A stretch of 64,000 bases of DNA, taken from positions 11,408,001-11,472,000 of the forward strand of contig OZ176051.1 of NCBI GenBank assembly GCA_964247055.1, given 5' to 3'. The position numbers were made by a program, and so were the translations under genes. This DNA is from Paragordius varius (Eukaryota; Animalia; Nematomorpha). The notes under the pieces are model-generated. The model did no database searches. It was not told the origin of the DNA and was given only the letters and a program-made list of their open reading frames with translations. How positions within the stretch are numbered: the stretch's first letter is position 1; each line of letters opens with the position of its first letter. Shown piece after piece: positions 52,806 to 64,000 of the stretch.

Positions 52806-54160
52806 GTTTAAAATTTATAATAATATTTTAACAAACCAGGTAGGTCTATTTATACCTTAGACAGAATAATCATAATTAATCATAAAATATTTAAAGTTGT
52901 TTATATAATATATAAAAATATGGTTTGTTGCCATAAAATTTTCAAGGTCAGACAAAATCATTTGTAATCAGTCATCTTATATAATAACTCATGGTAGGTG
53001 GCCAAAATTAATTTTCTAGATTATAAGTATTGGTCACAAGCTAATTTTATATAAAAAAATTACCATAAATCACAATTTTCTAATATACTGTAACCAAATA
53101 TTGAAGTTCAATTTCGAGAGTTTTTACAATTAAAATGACATTTTCAATATTATGCCAATTCTAATTTTTGTGTTTTGGTTTTCAAGGTCAAAAGAAAATA
53201 AGTTATTAATAAATAATTTGTAAATCGTATACAAAATAATAAACTAGATATTATCTAATTAATTTTACAAATTCTTTCACATAATTATCATGCATTACGT
53301 GTCCTCAAAATAACCTGTTAAATATATATTCTGATAGTAAAATGTAATCAAGATTATCATAATGCTCTTGGTTTTGGCTCCGAGTAATATAAGAAAGTTA
53401 ACTACGCTTTTGTGGTGAGTGCTAATTATCAGATGGCAAAATTTGAGCACATTTTTTTTAATAAATTTTTTTTAATGAAAGCTAGCTTCATTCCAAATAT
53501 ATATCTTAAACTAAATAAAAAGCAAAACAATATTAAAAAATTATCTTCATATGTGAGTGCCGAAAGTCCCAAAATTGTTTTATAAAATGAACTTGTACTC
53601 CTTAAATATAAGCAAAAATGCCGGGGTTGCGCGATAATTTTAAATATATGCTAAATTTTGTTATATCAACAAAAAATAAACATAAAAAATGCATAAATTT
53701 ATCAAAATTTAATTTTTAATAAATTTTTGTTGAAACAAACTTCATACTATTTTGTTGAAAGATAAAAACGGTATGAAGGTATGAAAAGCTTTGAGAATAT
53801 ATAAAAACACCTTTTTTTTGTTGTTGAAAATTTCTATCGCTTAATTTAAATTAGGGTCTGTTTAAAAATTTGGTGAATTTTAAGAGCCACAATATTGATC
53901 TAACATAATTTGAAGACGAACTATTTATCCAATGATAAGCCTATAACTTGGCGTAATATTTATTATATAGGTTTTAGCCAAGACTAAATATTTGGATATT
54001 TAGACTTTGTTGTCTGAGGCAAGAACTTCTCTGTAGCTATGTTAAGTATCAGATTCCTAAAAGCCATTCCAAAACGAGTAAATATCTTAAAACAACGTTT
54101 CATGAGAATTTATTAAATTAAAAGTTGTTGTGATCTGGTAAATATATGTATATGGCTTTA

Positions 54161-57100
54161 CAGTATGCATTTTAATGTATGTTCAGTAATTTTATTGCCA
54201 GTCGAAAAACATAAATGGTTTATCCAATGCGTAAAATACTGACCCACGAAATTATTTCGTAGTACACATATGAAAGAGGATTAACGTGAGAATCAACATA
54301 GGCTTTAATTTGATGGATTTTTTGTAATGTTAAATTTTGACAATATTATAGCAATTTATGTTAACATTTGTAATATTGTTGTTACGTATTTAGATGCGGA
54401 ATTTTGTGGGTTTTTATCTTTGATAAATTAATAAATAGTAAAATACGTATTTTAAGATTTTTTATGTTATTTATTCCTAAATTTAAAAATAAATATTTTT
54501 CAACATGCTAAATACCTGGATTAATCAATATTGGTATTATAATTTTATATTGTATTACTAATTAAAAAAAACAGGTAAATATATATTTGTGAAAATTTTA
54601 GTAGATTTTAGATTTTTGTATCATGTTTTGCATTGTTAATTGTAATTTATTACTACATATTTTGGACATTATTATAAATACAGGTAAGAATTGCGGTTTT
54701 TAGTAAAAATTTAGTTTTTTTTGTTTTTTAGGTTTTGCATTGTTTATTGTAATTACTACATATTTTGGACATTATAATAAATACAGGTAAAAATAGCGGT
54801 TTCTAATAAATTTAGTAAAAATTTAGTTTTTTTTTGTTTTTTTAGTTGCATTGTTAAATGTAATTAATTACTACATATTTTGGACATTATAATGGTAAAA
54901 ATTGCGGTTTTTAACAAACTTAGTAAAAATTTAGTTTTTTTTGTTTTTTAGGTTTTGCATTGTAAATTATGCATAGTCTTGAAAAATTTTTACATATAAT
55001 AAAGACAGGTAAAAATCAATGTTTTTCGGTTTTATATGTATTTATAAATACCAACCAATATAAAAAATAATCTATATTCACATAAACATCGATATATATA
55101 TTCAAATAAAATATATTTATTAAAAATTTTAGAGGTTTAAAAGATCGATAATAAAGACCTTCTGCTAATTAAATCGCACAAAATATACTAAGCCGATATT
55201 TTTCAATCATCCTCCAAAAAGTATGAGGAAGCATATTATTTTTAGATATAAATAAATTTATTTATATAAAATAAATCATTATAATATAAATCATAATTCA
55301 ATGTTGGAATCATCCAGCTTTATGGTCGATCTATATCATCATTGTCATTGACCGTCTTGTGTGTTAGATTTGCTACAATTTAATGATTAATATCATCATT
55401 TATTATAATAGGACAGTTGAATTTTGAAAACACTGATGCAATAGTGTGGGAGTCTTATTATCAGTAACATTATAATTTATACTGTTTGATATTCTATATA
55501 ATCCGGGTGATCATCTAAATAAAAAAAGATTATTGGGTTTTTAAAAATTATACTATCTCTTTTTTATGAACATAGCTGTCACAATCCGAAATACTGTTGG
55601 GAGCTAACACATTCTCATTGTTCGAATCCATAATTAATATAAAAATAATTTACCTTCATAATATTTGCAAAAAATGACTTTATTCATTATAAAAAAATTA
55701 AATATGATCTTTTTACAGTTTTCTTTTACATTTTCTTTTTAGCAACCAAAACAGCACGAAAAATTCCCTACACTATGAAGACAAGGCGCCTATTGCTGGC
55801 ATGGTATGAGTGCGAAGAAGAAATTTTATCAAATTTGTATTTTTTGTTAATACTATGAAGGGGATTCGTGTTTTTTAGTTTTGGCTCTTATAAAGAAAAT
55901 GCAGATGGAAAAATTCATAACATTTTTTATTTTATTTTTTATAAAAAAATATTTTTCCAATTTTATGAAGGTTAATTTATTTATTATTTAATTGGTGTTA
56001 GCTCCGATTAGCGTTTCTAATTGTGATAATAGTTATGGAATCCAGGAAAGCGATTGTAGGAACAGTAATATTATTTTATTAAATTCCATAAAAACTCATC
56101 TATTTATGTTAGCTGATTTAATCATCCCAGAGAATGATGGTAAAATATTCTTAATTTTATCCACGTTTTCCAGTGATCTTTTGGATGATAAATTGAGTCT
56201 TTTATCAGGTATTTTTGTTAGATTTCATAAAAAAGAGCTAGTGAATATAATTTTTAAAAACCCAATAATCTTTTTTTATTTAGATGATCACCCGGATTAT
56301 ATAGAATATCAAACAAGTGTATAAATTATAATGTTACTGATAATAAGACTCCCACACTATTGCATCAGTGTTTTCAAATTCAACTGTCCTATTATAATAA
56401 TTGATGATATTAATCATTAAATTGTAGCAAATCTAACATACAAGACGGTCAATGACAATGATGATATAGATCGACCATAAAGCTGGATATATTATAATGA
56501 TTTATTTTATATAAATAAATTTATTTATATCTAAAAATAATATGCTTCTTATTCATACTTTTTGGAGGATGATTGAAAAATATCGGCTTAGTATATTTTG
56601 TGCGATTTAATTAGCAGAAGGTCTTTATTATCGATCTTTTAAACCTCTAAAATTTTTAATAAATATATTTTATTTGCATCTATACATCGATGTATGTGAA
56701 TATAGATTATTCATATTGGTTTGTATTTATAAATACATATAAAACCGAAAAACATTGATTTTTACCTATCTTTATTATAGTATGCAAAAAATATTTCAAG
56801 ACTATGTATAATTTACAATGCAAAACTTAAAAAACAAAAAAAACGAAATTTTTGCCAAATTTATTAGAAACCGCAATTTTTACCTGTATTTATTATAATG
56901 TCCAAAGTAATTAATTACAATTAACAATGCAAAACCTAAAAAACAAAAAAACTAAATTTTTACTAATTTTATTAAAAACCGCAATTCTTACCTTTATAAT
57001 AATGTCCAAAATATGTAGTAATTAATTACAATTAACAATGCAAAACCTAAAAAAACTAAATTTTTACTAATTTTATTAAAAACCGCAATTCTTACCTGTA

Positions 57101-57935
57101 TTTATAATAATGTCCAAAATATGTAGTCATTAATTACAATTAACAATGCAAAACCTAAATAAAAAAAACTAAATTTTTGCTAAATTTGTTAAAAACCGAA
57201 TTTTTACCCGTATTTATAATAATGTCCAAAATATGTAGTAATTAAATTCAATTAACAATGCAAAACATAAAAAGCAAAAAAAACTAAATTTTTACTAAAT
57301 TTGTTAAAAACCGCAATTTTGCCTGGATTTAATAAAATGCCCAAAATATGTAGTAATTGATTACAATTAACATGTTACATAAAAAAAGCAAAAAAATTAA
57401 ATGACTAAATTTAAAACGAATTTTTACCTGATTAAAATGTCTGAAATACTTAAAAATTATTAATAATTAACAATGCAAAACATAAAAGACAAAAATCTAA
57501 AATCTACTAAATTTCACAAATATATATTTACCTTTTTTTTAATTAGTAATACAATATAAAATAATTCTAATATTGATTAATCCAGGTATTTAGCATGTTG
57601 AAAAATATTTATTTTTAAATTTAGTAATAATTACATAAAAAAACTTAAAATACGTATTTTACTATTTATTAATTTATCAAAGATAAAAACCCACAAAATT
57701 CCGCATCTAAATACGTAACAACAATTACAAATGTTAACATAAATTGCTTAATATTCTCAAAATTTAACATTACAAAAAATCCATCAAATTAAAGCCTATG
57801 TTAATCTCACGTCAATCCTCTTTCATATGTGTACTACGAAATAATTTTGTGGGTCAGTATTTTACGCATTGGATAAACCATTTATGTTTTTCGACTGGCA
57901 ATAAAATTACTGAACATACATTAAAATGCATACTG
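54161..57935. mobile_element. 3775-bp foldback-type DNA element with long inverted arms (54161-55570 and 56224-57935) and a 653-bp spacer
   Basis: TA|CAGTATGCATTTTAATGTATG ... CATACATTAAAATGCATACTG|TA. The arms match as reverse complements throughout and contain ~100-bp tandem repeats (about 3.5 units left, 6.5 right). A TA TSD with CAGT ends is typical of Tc1/mariner/pogo. Confidence 0.9.
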
Positions 57936-58746
57936 TAAATACACTACAAAGAATATTTTTAAAACTAATCCTTTTAGGGGCCAACATTTTTCATGTTAAG
58001 CCAAAATGGTTAATAATTTAAATTAAATATGACAATACTTTTGATTATATTTTAAACAACAAATTTTTGATATTATAATATCCTAATTACACTATGAAAA
58101 TTGTGATAAAAATATTTTGATATCTCATATCATAAAAAGAATATTAGCATCGCCTTAGAGGGTTTCACTCATATTTTGTCATTCGAAAACTTGATCATAT
58201 TAAAACTCATCATGATTTAAGCTACTATTACTATTCCTCAATTCGAAATTCGTACGATTGGTCAAAATATTAATTTGTGTTTATTTACCTATGTGATAAG
58301 AATCTCAGGATTATTAAAAAGACTCCAAACCATTATCCCAGGTAAGAGAATATATGAGAATACAAGTATCTAATCTAATTTTGTTTTAACATATTTTAAT
58401 TTGGTTTACAGAGAGGTGATTCTTACCATTTCCAAAAGATTTATAAAGAATTAGTATTATTATTTCAAAATATGTGATCATAAATGAGCTGATAAAACAG
58501 GGGCAAATTCGAATTCAGTCAACATCTCCGAAAAATTAATTAAATGGAATAGACATATACCTTTTCCAGAAAATTAAAGTCAATATATTCGAAAAAAGTC
58601 ATTTTTCAGGGGTTGGGAAGGGTGGGAACTGTAAGATTTAAAAATTGCTTAGTTACCCCCGGAACACTTATAAATGAATTATTTTAAATAACGCAAGAAA
58701 TTAAATGTTAATTATTGAGCTAAAATCTAATTTTAAGGGGATAGGG

Positions 58747-58804
58747 ATAAGCACGAGTCATAAATTCGCGTTGATTACGTCCCTGCCATTTGTACACACC
58801 GCCC
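58747..58804 (+). rRNA. Short inverted fragment of the 18S rRNA 3' region
   Basis: ataagcacgagtcataaattcgcgttgattacgtccctgccatttgtacacaccgccc is sense-strand 18S (the GUACACACCGCCC motif). Confidence 0.9.
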
Positions 58805-58808
58805 ACTG

Positions 58809-60703
58809 AAGAAAGAGCTATCAATCTGTCAATCCTTACAGTGTCCTGGCCGGGTGAGTTTTCCCGCGTTGGGTCAAATTAAGCCGCAGGCTTCACTCCT
58901 GGTAGTGCCCCTTCGTCAATTGTTTTAAGTTTCAGCTTTGCAACCATACTTCCCCCCGAACCCAAAAACTTTGGTTTACCGAAGGCTGCCCGTCGGGTCA
59001 TATAAGAATACCCCGACGGATTGCCGGTCGGCATCGTTTATGGTCAGAACTACTGCGGTATGTGATCGCCTTCGAACCTCTGACTTTCGTTCTTCAATAA
59101 TGAAAACATTGGCAAATGCTTTCGCAGTTGTTCGCCTCCCGGCGGTTCAAGAATTTTACCTCTGGAGCCAGAGTACAGATGCCCTCGTCTTAATCATTAC
59201 CTCGGATTCTCGAGGTCCTATTCCATTATTCCATGCACAGATATTCGAGGCATCGAGCCTGCTTTAAGCACTCTAATTTTTTCAAAGTAAACTTTCCTTT
59301 AAACCAAAGACACTCGGTGAAGCGCACCTAAGACAAGACGGATTTTAGGACGGACAAGGAAACGATCGCAGCTAAGAGGGCTTCCTCCCGTTACCCGAGA
59401 TCCAGCTAAAAGCTTTTTAACTGCAACAACTTTAATATACGCTTTTGGAGCTGAATTACCGCGGCTGCTGCACCAGACTTTCCCTCCTCGTTAAAGGATC
59501 TAAAGTGATCTCATTCCAATTACAGGTTCTCGTAAGAGACCTACATTGTTATTTATCTTCACTACCTCCCCGAACTGGGAGTGGGTAATTTGCGCACCTG
59601 CTGCCTTCCTTGGATGTGGTAGCCGTTTCTCAGGCTCCCTCTCCGGAATCGAACCCTGATTCTCCGTTACGACCCTGGTAGGCATATAACCTACCATTGA
59701 CAGTTGATAAGGCAGACGTTTGAGATACGCCGGTACAAGACCATGCGATCGGCAAAAAGTTATCCAGAGTCACCAAAAACGGTTAGTTTTTGTACTAATA
59801 AAGGCTATCATACGATTCGATGTTTTAACATGTATTAGCTCTAGATTACCACAGTTATGCATGTAACATCGACAATCAAATAAACCATAACTGATTTAAT
59901 GAGCCATTCACGGTTGCACTTTGGGTAAGTTTATACTTAGACATGCATGGCTTAATCTTTGAGACAAGCATATGACTAGGGTTGTGCATTTGACAGCTTT
60001 TTCAAAAAAGTCCGGTCAGACCCAGTCAGACAATGGTCGTGACCGTGGTCATGACCACTTTTTATTTAAGTAAGTATCATGCGATATGGGATTGCCAAGA
60101 TAATGTTCGAATTACACTGCCGTTTCACTAATTATGTCATGTTTTTTCTTAAAAGTTTGTATTATACATTTTTTTAATATTTATTATTTACAAATATTTT
60201 CAATCAAATTTAATATAGAAATTTGTTTTCATGTGGCCATCTCAATCTTCAAATACATAGCTTTTAATACCGGATATTTCAAATAAAATTTTACCTAGTT
60301 TGTTCTTTCTTTAATCATTAAAATATCCAATTATAAGATGTGTTTCATTTTATTAGCTCACATATATGGAATTGCATATTTTGCAAAGTGCTTGATTGTT
60401 TTGTTTTTCGAAATAACTTATATGCTTGAATGCTAACGTTATAAGGATGCATGTTTAACAATTTTCAATATATATTGTTAAATAAGCAAATTTAAATATT
60501 TAATTTTTATTTTTAAAACTATAATAAAAAACAATTAATTCTTACTATCTCTTTTCTAAAAAAAAGTTACTAGCAATTTTTAAAAAACAGCTTTTTTAAA
60601 TGAACATGGTCAAAAAAATAGTCAGTAACCACATGACCCGATCAATTGACCGGGTCATGACTTGGTCAGCACAATCCTACATATGACTTTTGGCAGGATC
60701 AAC
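58809..60703 (-). pseudogene. 18S rRNA pseudogene (5' ~1.2 kb), interrupted by a MITE
   Basis: Universal 18S motifs on the minus strand: GTTGATCCTGCCA, GTCATATGCTTGTCTCAAAGATTAAGCCATGCATG, GAGGGAGCCTGAGAAACGGCTACCACATCCAAGGAAGGCAGCAGG, CAGCAGCCGCGGTAAT and GCGGCTTAATTTGAC. It has small deletions, is 3'-truncated and carries a 703-bp insertion. Confidence 0.95.
59977..60679. mobile_element. hAT-type MITE, 703 bp, inserted near the 5' end of the 18S copy
   Basis: Perfect 8-bp TSD CATATGAC (59969-59976 and 60680-60687); TIRs TAGGGTTGTGC / GCACAATCCTA (10/11); clustered GGTCA/TGACC subterminal motifs at both ends; AT-rich non-coding core. Confidence 0.92.
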
Positions 60704-61260
60704 GTGTTATGGTCTCTTGTCTCCACTCCTCATCCTCGAGGTATACGGAAACCAATTTACACCAAGAGTTAAACAAGACGAAAATTGGTTTTTAAATTTT
60801 GAAAGTTGCTGTTTTATTCCGATTTATCCTCGGAAACAAATGTGTCCCGATCAGCTCACTAAACGACAAATTTATGCCTTCATACTCCTACATGGGCGTT
60901 TGGTAAAACGATTAATTCAAGCCACAATCTATTTCCTTGATCATTTTTTTGGCGACAACCCCATGGTTTTGTGGGCAATGTTTCCGACATATCTTCAACT
61001 TCCAAGACTTGTTTGGTTCCTTTGATAACGTTTGCACTGGGACCTAAAGCAAAAACGCATTTCACGACAGTGCTCTTGGGATCAAATATGTCTCGAAACG
61101 TAAGCAACAGAGTAAAAGGTTGACCTCGACGGACTAAAGAACTTCCTCGCGTCTAACTATATCAAAACGATTCGTTCGGTGTAATTCTGTGTTAGCCTGC
61201 ACGGCTAAATCAACGTTTCAAATCTTATTAAGATCATTTTTATTAGGATAATTAACTCTA
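60704..61260 (-). other. Possible 5' external transcribed spacer remnant upstream of the 18S copy
   Basis: Directly abuts the 18S 5' end and is GC-richer than the local background. No convincing protein homology in its ORFs. Identity is inferred from position only. Confidence 0.35.
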
Positions 61261-61750
61261 GGCCTCACCACTTAAGTTTCGCTTTCTGGTAAATATTGCT
61301 TCTTGAAAAGTTATTTGTTGTCGAATTATTTTCATTCCTGGGATTTAGGGTTGGGACAGGCGGTTTTCTGAACATATTTTCTTTATTTTTAAATCTCAAA
61401 TTTCTGAATAAGTTTTCAGGATTTATAGTTACATTTCCATCAATATTTTTAAAATTTCTATTGGCAATATTATTAAAACTGCTCAAATTTCTCGAAAATT
61501 CTGGTGAATTATTTCGCAATAAATTTTCAATTCGACGCGGGAATCTGCCATCTAGGTTTCGAATTTCTATTTCCTCATATTACCATGTAATAGGGTATTA
61601 TTGGGTAATCTATAGAGGTGATATATTTTTTCTATGAAATACAGGATAAATTTTTTAATATATTTTTAACAGTTTATTTTAAAACATTTTAATTCAAAAT
61701 TTAAAAAAGATTTTTACATCCAAAGTCATAATACAATGATTTTAAAATAG

Positions 61751-63250
61751 GATGATTTACAAATCTAAAACCGAAGATATCAAATTAATTTAATAGCTTT
61801 CTAACTCCTTTACAAGTTATTACAGAACAATCATTGCTTGATGCCTATAACGTGGATTGGTTGCAAGACTACAATGGATCAAGCAGATTAGTTTCGAGTC
61901 CTAAAAATGTTCAAGAGTTCTAAAATCGTTTCCTACTGTAATGACGGAAAGTTAGCCATTGTACCACAAGGTGGAAATACAGGATTAGTCCATGGGAACA
62001 TTCCTGTGTTTGATGAAATTAACCTTTCAATGTCTAGCATGAATAAAGTTCCTGTCGATCAACTTTCAGGCATAGTTATATGTGAAGCAGGCTGCGTTCA
62101 AAAAACCCTAGATGAAACAGTATCTGCTCACGGGCCTATCGTACCTCTCATTTGGGCTCCAAAGGCAGTTGTCAAATAGGAGGTAAAGTTGCAACCAATG
62201 CAGGGGGTTTTCGACTTATTCGTTATGGTTTTTTAGGGGCTTAGTTTTAGGACTAGAAGTGGTTTTACATAGGAGAAATTTGTAACATGTTAAACCTTAC
62301 GAATAGACAATACCGGATATGATTTAAAACAATTGTTTATAGGTTCTTAAGGAACATTGGGCATCATTACAAAAAATTTTTTCTATACGACCAAAAGATG
62401 TGAATGTAGCTTTATTTGGATGTTCCAATTTTCAACAAATTATCGAAGCCTATATTAGCTCGTCAAGTATTGGGTGAAACATTATCTGCTTTTAAGTTTA
62501 TGGATAAAGCTTGTATCGAAACGGTCATTTCATCTTTTAAGGATCAAAAAATATGTAACCATACTACTTTTTGGTCGAGTCTGGGACTTATAGAAACAAA
62601 ATATTGATGCAAGACACAGACCAAAAACCTGACGATAAGGATATTGAAAGTGAATTTACCAGTATTAACAAGGAGAATTTAATGTTATATGGCACAAAAC
62701 TCTCTGATATGATATCTAGAAATGTGAATGGTAAAGGTAGTTTTGAGGGTACATTAGCTAAAAATACTACTTAATACTATGATATATGGAAGTTGCTAGA
62801 ACACATTTATCCAGCCCTTTCTAAAAGTTTTAGACAAAAAACTTCCAACAATGAAATCGCAAGTGATACAAAAGAATCGCCTAAATATGAAAACGATTTA
62901 AGGCAAGATCAATTTTTAGTGATATGACGTTTCTATCCCTATTACTCATTGGAAAAATTACATAGCTGATATGGTGGAAATTGTCAACAAAAATAATATA
63001 GCGGACCAAGATGTCATTGCAGTGAGTGGCCACTTTGGTGATCAAAATATGCACCTCAATATTATGCCCACAAGACCAAACATGTTACAGCGTTTGGATA
63101 ATTCATCATTATCACCCAATCACTTGCTGCATAATAAAGTTGAATACTTGTAATACAACCGTTTGACTCCATCGTTTCCTCTTACAGTATTAGCGCTGAA
63201 CATGAGGTAGGTTTACGAAAATTTTATGTACTAAACCATATACATTGTCC
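61751..63250 (+). pseudogene. D2HGDH: D-2-hydroxyglutarate dehydrogenase (FAD-linked oxidase) pseudogene, intronless, with frameshifts and stops
   Basis: Collinear motifs [110 protein letters not shown] and SISAEHEVGLRK, spread across several frames. Confidence 0.93.
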
Positions 63251-63741
63251 GCCTTGGTCGTCGATCACCAACACAGATGAAAATAGTTTTTCTTATTTTA
63301 ATTCCCCTGCTGCAGAAAATGTAAATGGTAGGGAGACTCCCGAAAAGGGAAAGCATGGTCAGTCGAAAAATGTTAAATTGCGGCCCACATCTAAAGAGAA
63401 CCTTTTGTGTTCCTTGAAACGAATTTCGAATGGAATTATGAATCCGTATAAAATATTTGGATCGCTAATATATGAGTATAAAGGCTTTTACTATGGATTT
63501 TTATAAATCATAGATGCAAAATTTATACCTCAAATTTTTTATTTAGGAAATTGATTTTAGGCACTTTTCTAAATACATTTATATATTATATTCAAATTGT
63601 CATTACGTACTCACTCAAAATACCTAGCAATATATTATTATCATGCAGCATAATATTTATGATATTTGTATTAAAAATTAAAAAAATTATTAAAGAATGT
63701 TTAATACAATAGGGTAGATGTATGGTCAGGGTAATTCAATG

Positions 63742-64000
63742 GTGAAACAAAATCTTTGGGTGTATGGTTGTGAGCGGCAGAAGGCCCCAGCAATTCTCGG
63801 TTGGGATTGGCTCCAAGAATTCCCCAATGCCATAAAACAGTTGATAAATTGACGTAAATATTTTAATAATATATTTGAGGAATATTCACTTGTTAATAAA
63901 TTTAATTCACTTTTTTGTGAAAAATTAGGGTGTTTCACTGGAACTCCTATCAAACTTTTTTTAAAAAACAATACAAAACCAAAAATTTTTAAGTGTCGCC
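63742..64000 (+). mobile_element. Ty3/gypsy LTR-retrotransposon pol fragment (protease end and protease-RT linker), truncated by the window edge
   Basis: Frame reads ...APAILGWDWLQ...*...FNSLFCEKLGCFTGTPIKLFLKNNTKPKIFKCR, matching the K02A2.6-like pattern (P-x-LLGRDWL...LF-x-E-x-LG...P-x-F-x-K-x-RP). It contains one in-frame stop. Confidence 0.8.

Noticed and set aside
54600-57500. CRISPR-like appearance of the regular repeats here and at 27230-27420
   Set aside because: The units are contiguous with no unique spacers, there are no cas genes, and the context is eukaryotic.
59640-59660. GGTTCGATTCC tRNA T-loop-like motif on the minus strand
   Set aside because: It is part of conserved 18S sequence; there is no cloverleaf.
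58938-59697. ORFs 58938..59267 and 59500..59697
   Set aside because: Chance frames within the 18S pseudogene.
60690-61637. ORFs 60690..61025, 60880..61107, 61265..61519 and 61296..61637 as genes or an rDNA-specific retroelement
   Set aside because: They overlap on opposite strands, and no RT, endonuclease or gag motif is recognisable.

Overview
Very AT-rich (roughly 25% GC by eye) intron-containing eukaryotic, most likely invertebrate animal, genomic DNA; the taxon cannot be fixed from sequence alone. Recognisable genes: a three-coding-exon RPL27 (minus, 1960-2488), a secreted single-domain granulin with an unusual 36-residue insertion (minus, 12743-13507), and a ~22-exon multi-C2H2 zinc-finger gene (minus, 23023-37834). 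Hand-spliced models also give an orphan secreted ~405-aa protein (plus, 2793-12304) and decayed or partial relatives. Decayed sequences: a hAT transposon (16218-18586), a rearranged 18S rRNA pseudogene carrying a hAT-type MITE with a perfect 8-bp TSD, an intronless D2HGDH pseudogene and a Ty3/gypsy pol fragment at the right edge. The most unusual structures are (i) two dispersed ~190-nt GC-rich copies of an unidentified multi-hairpin element with structure-preserving changes (22583-22769, 30744-30932), (ii) a 3.8-kb foldback element with 1.4-1.7-kb inverted arms and a captured exon/intron fragment (54161-57935), and (iii) a MITE family whose inverted ends are variable-number arrays of a 21-bp unit. 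All gene models were derived by eye from GT-AG signals and phase compatibility; no database search was run.
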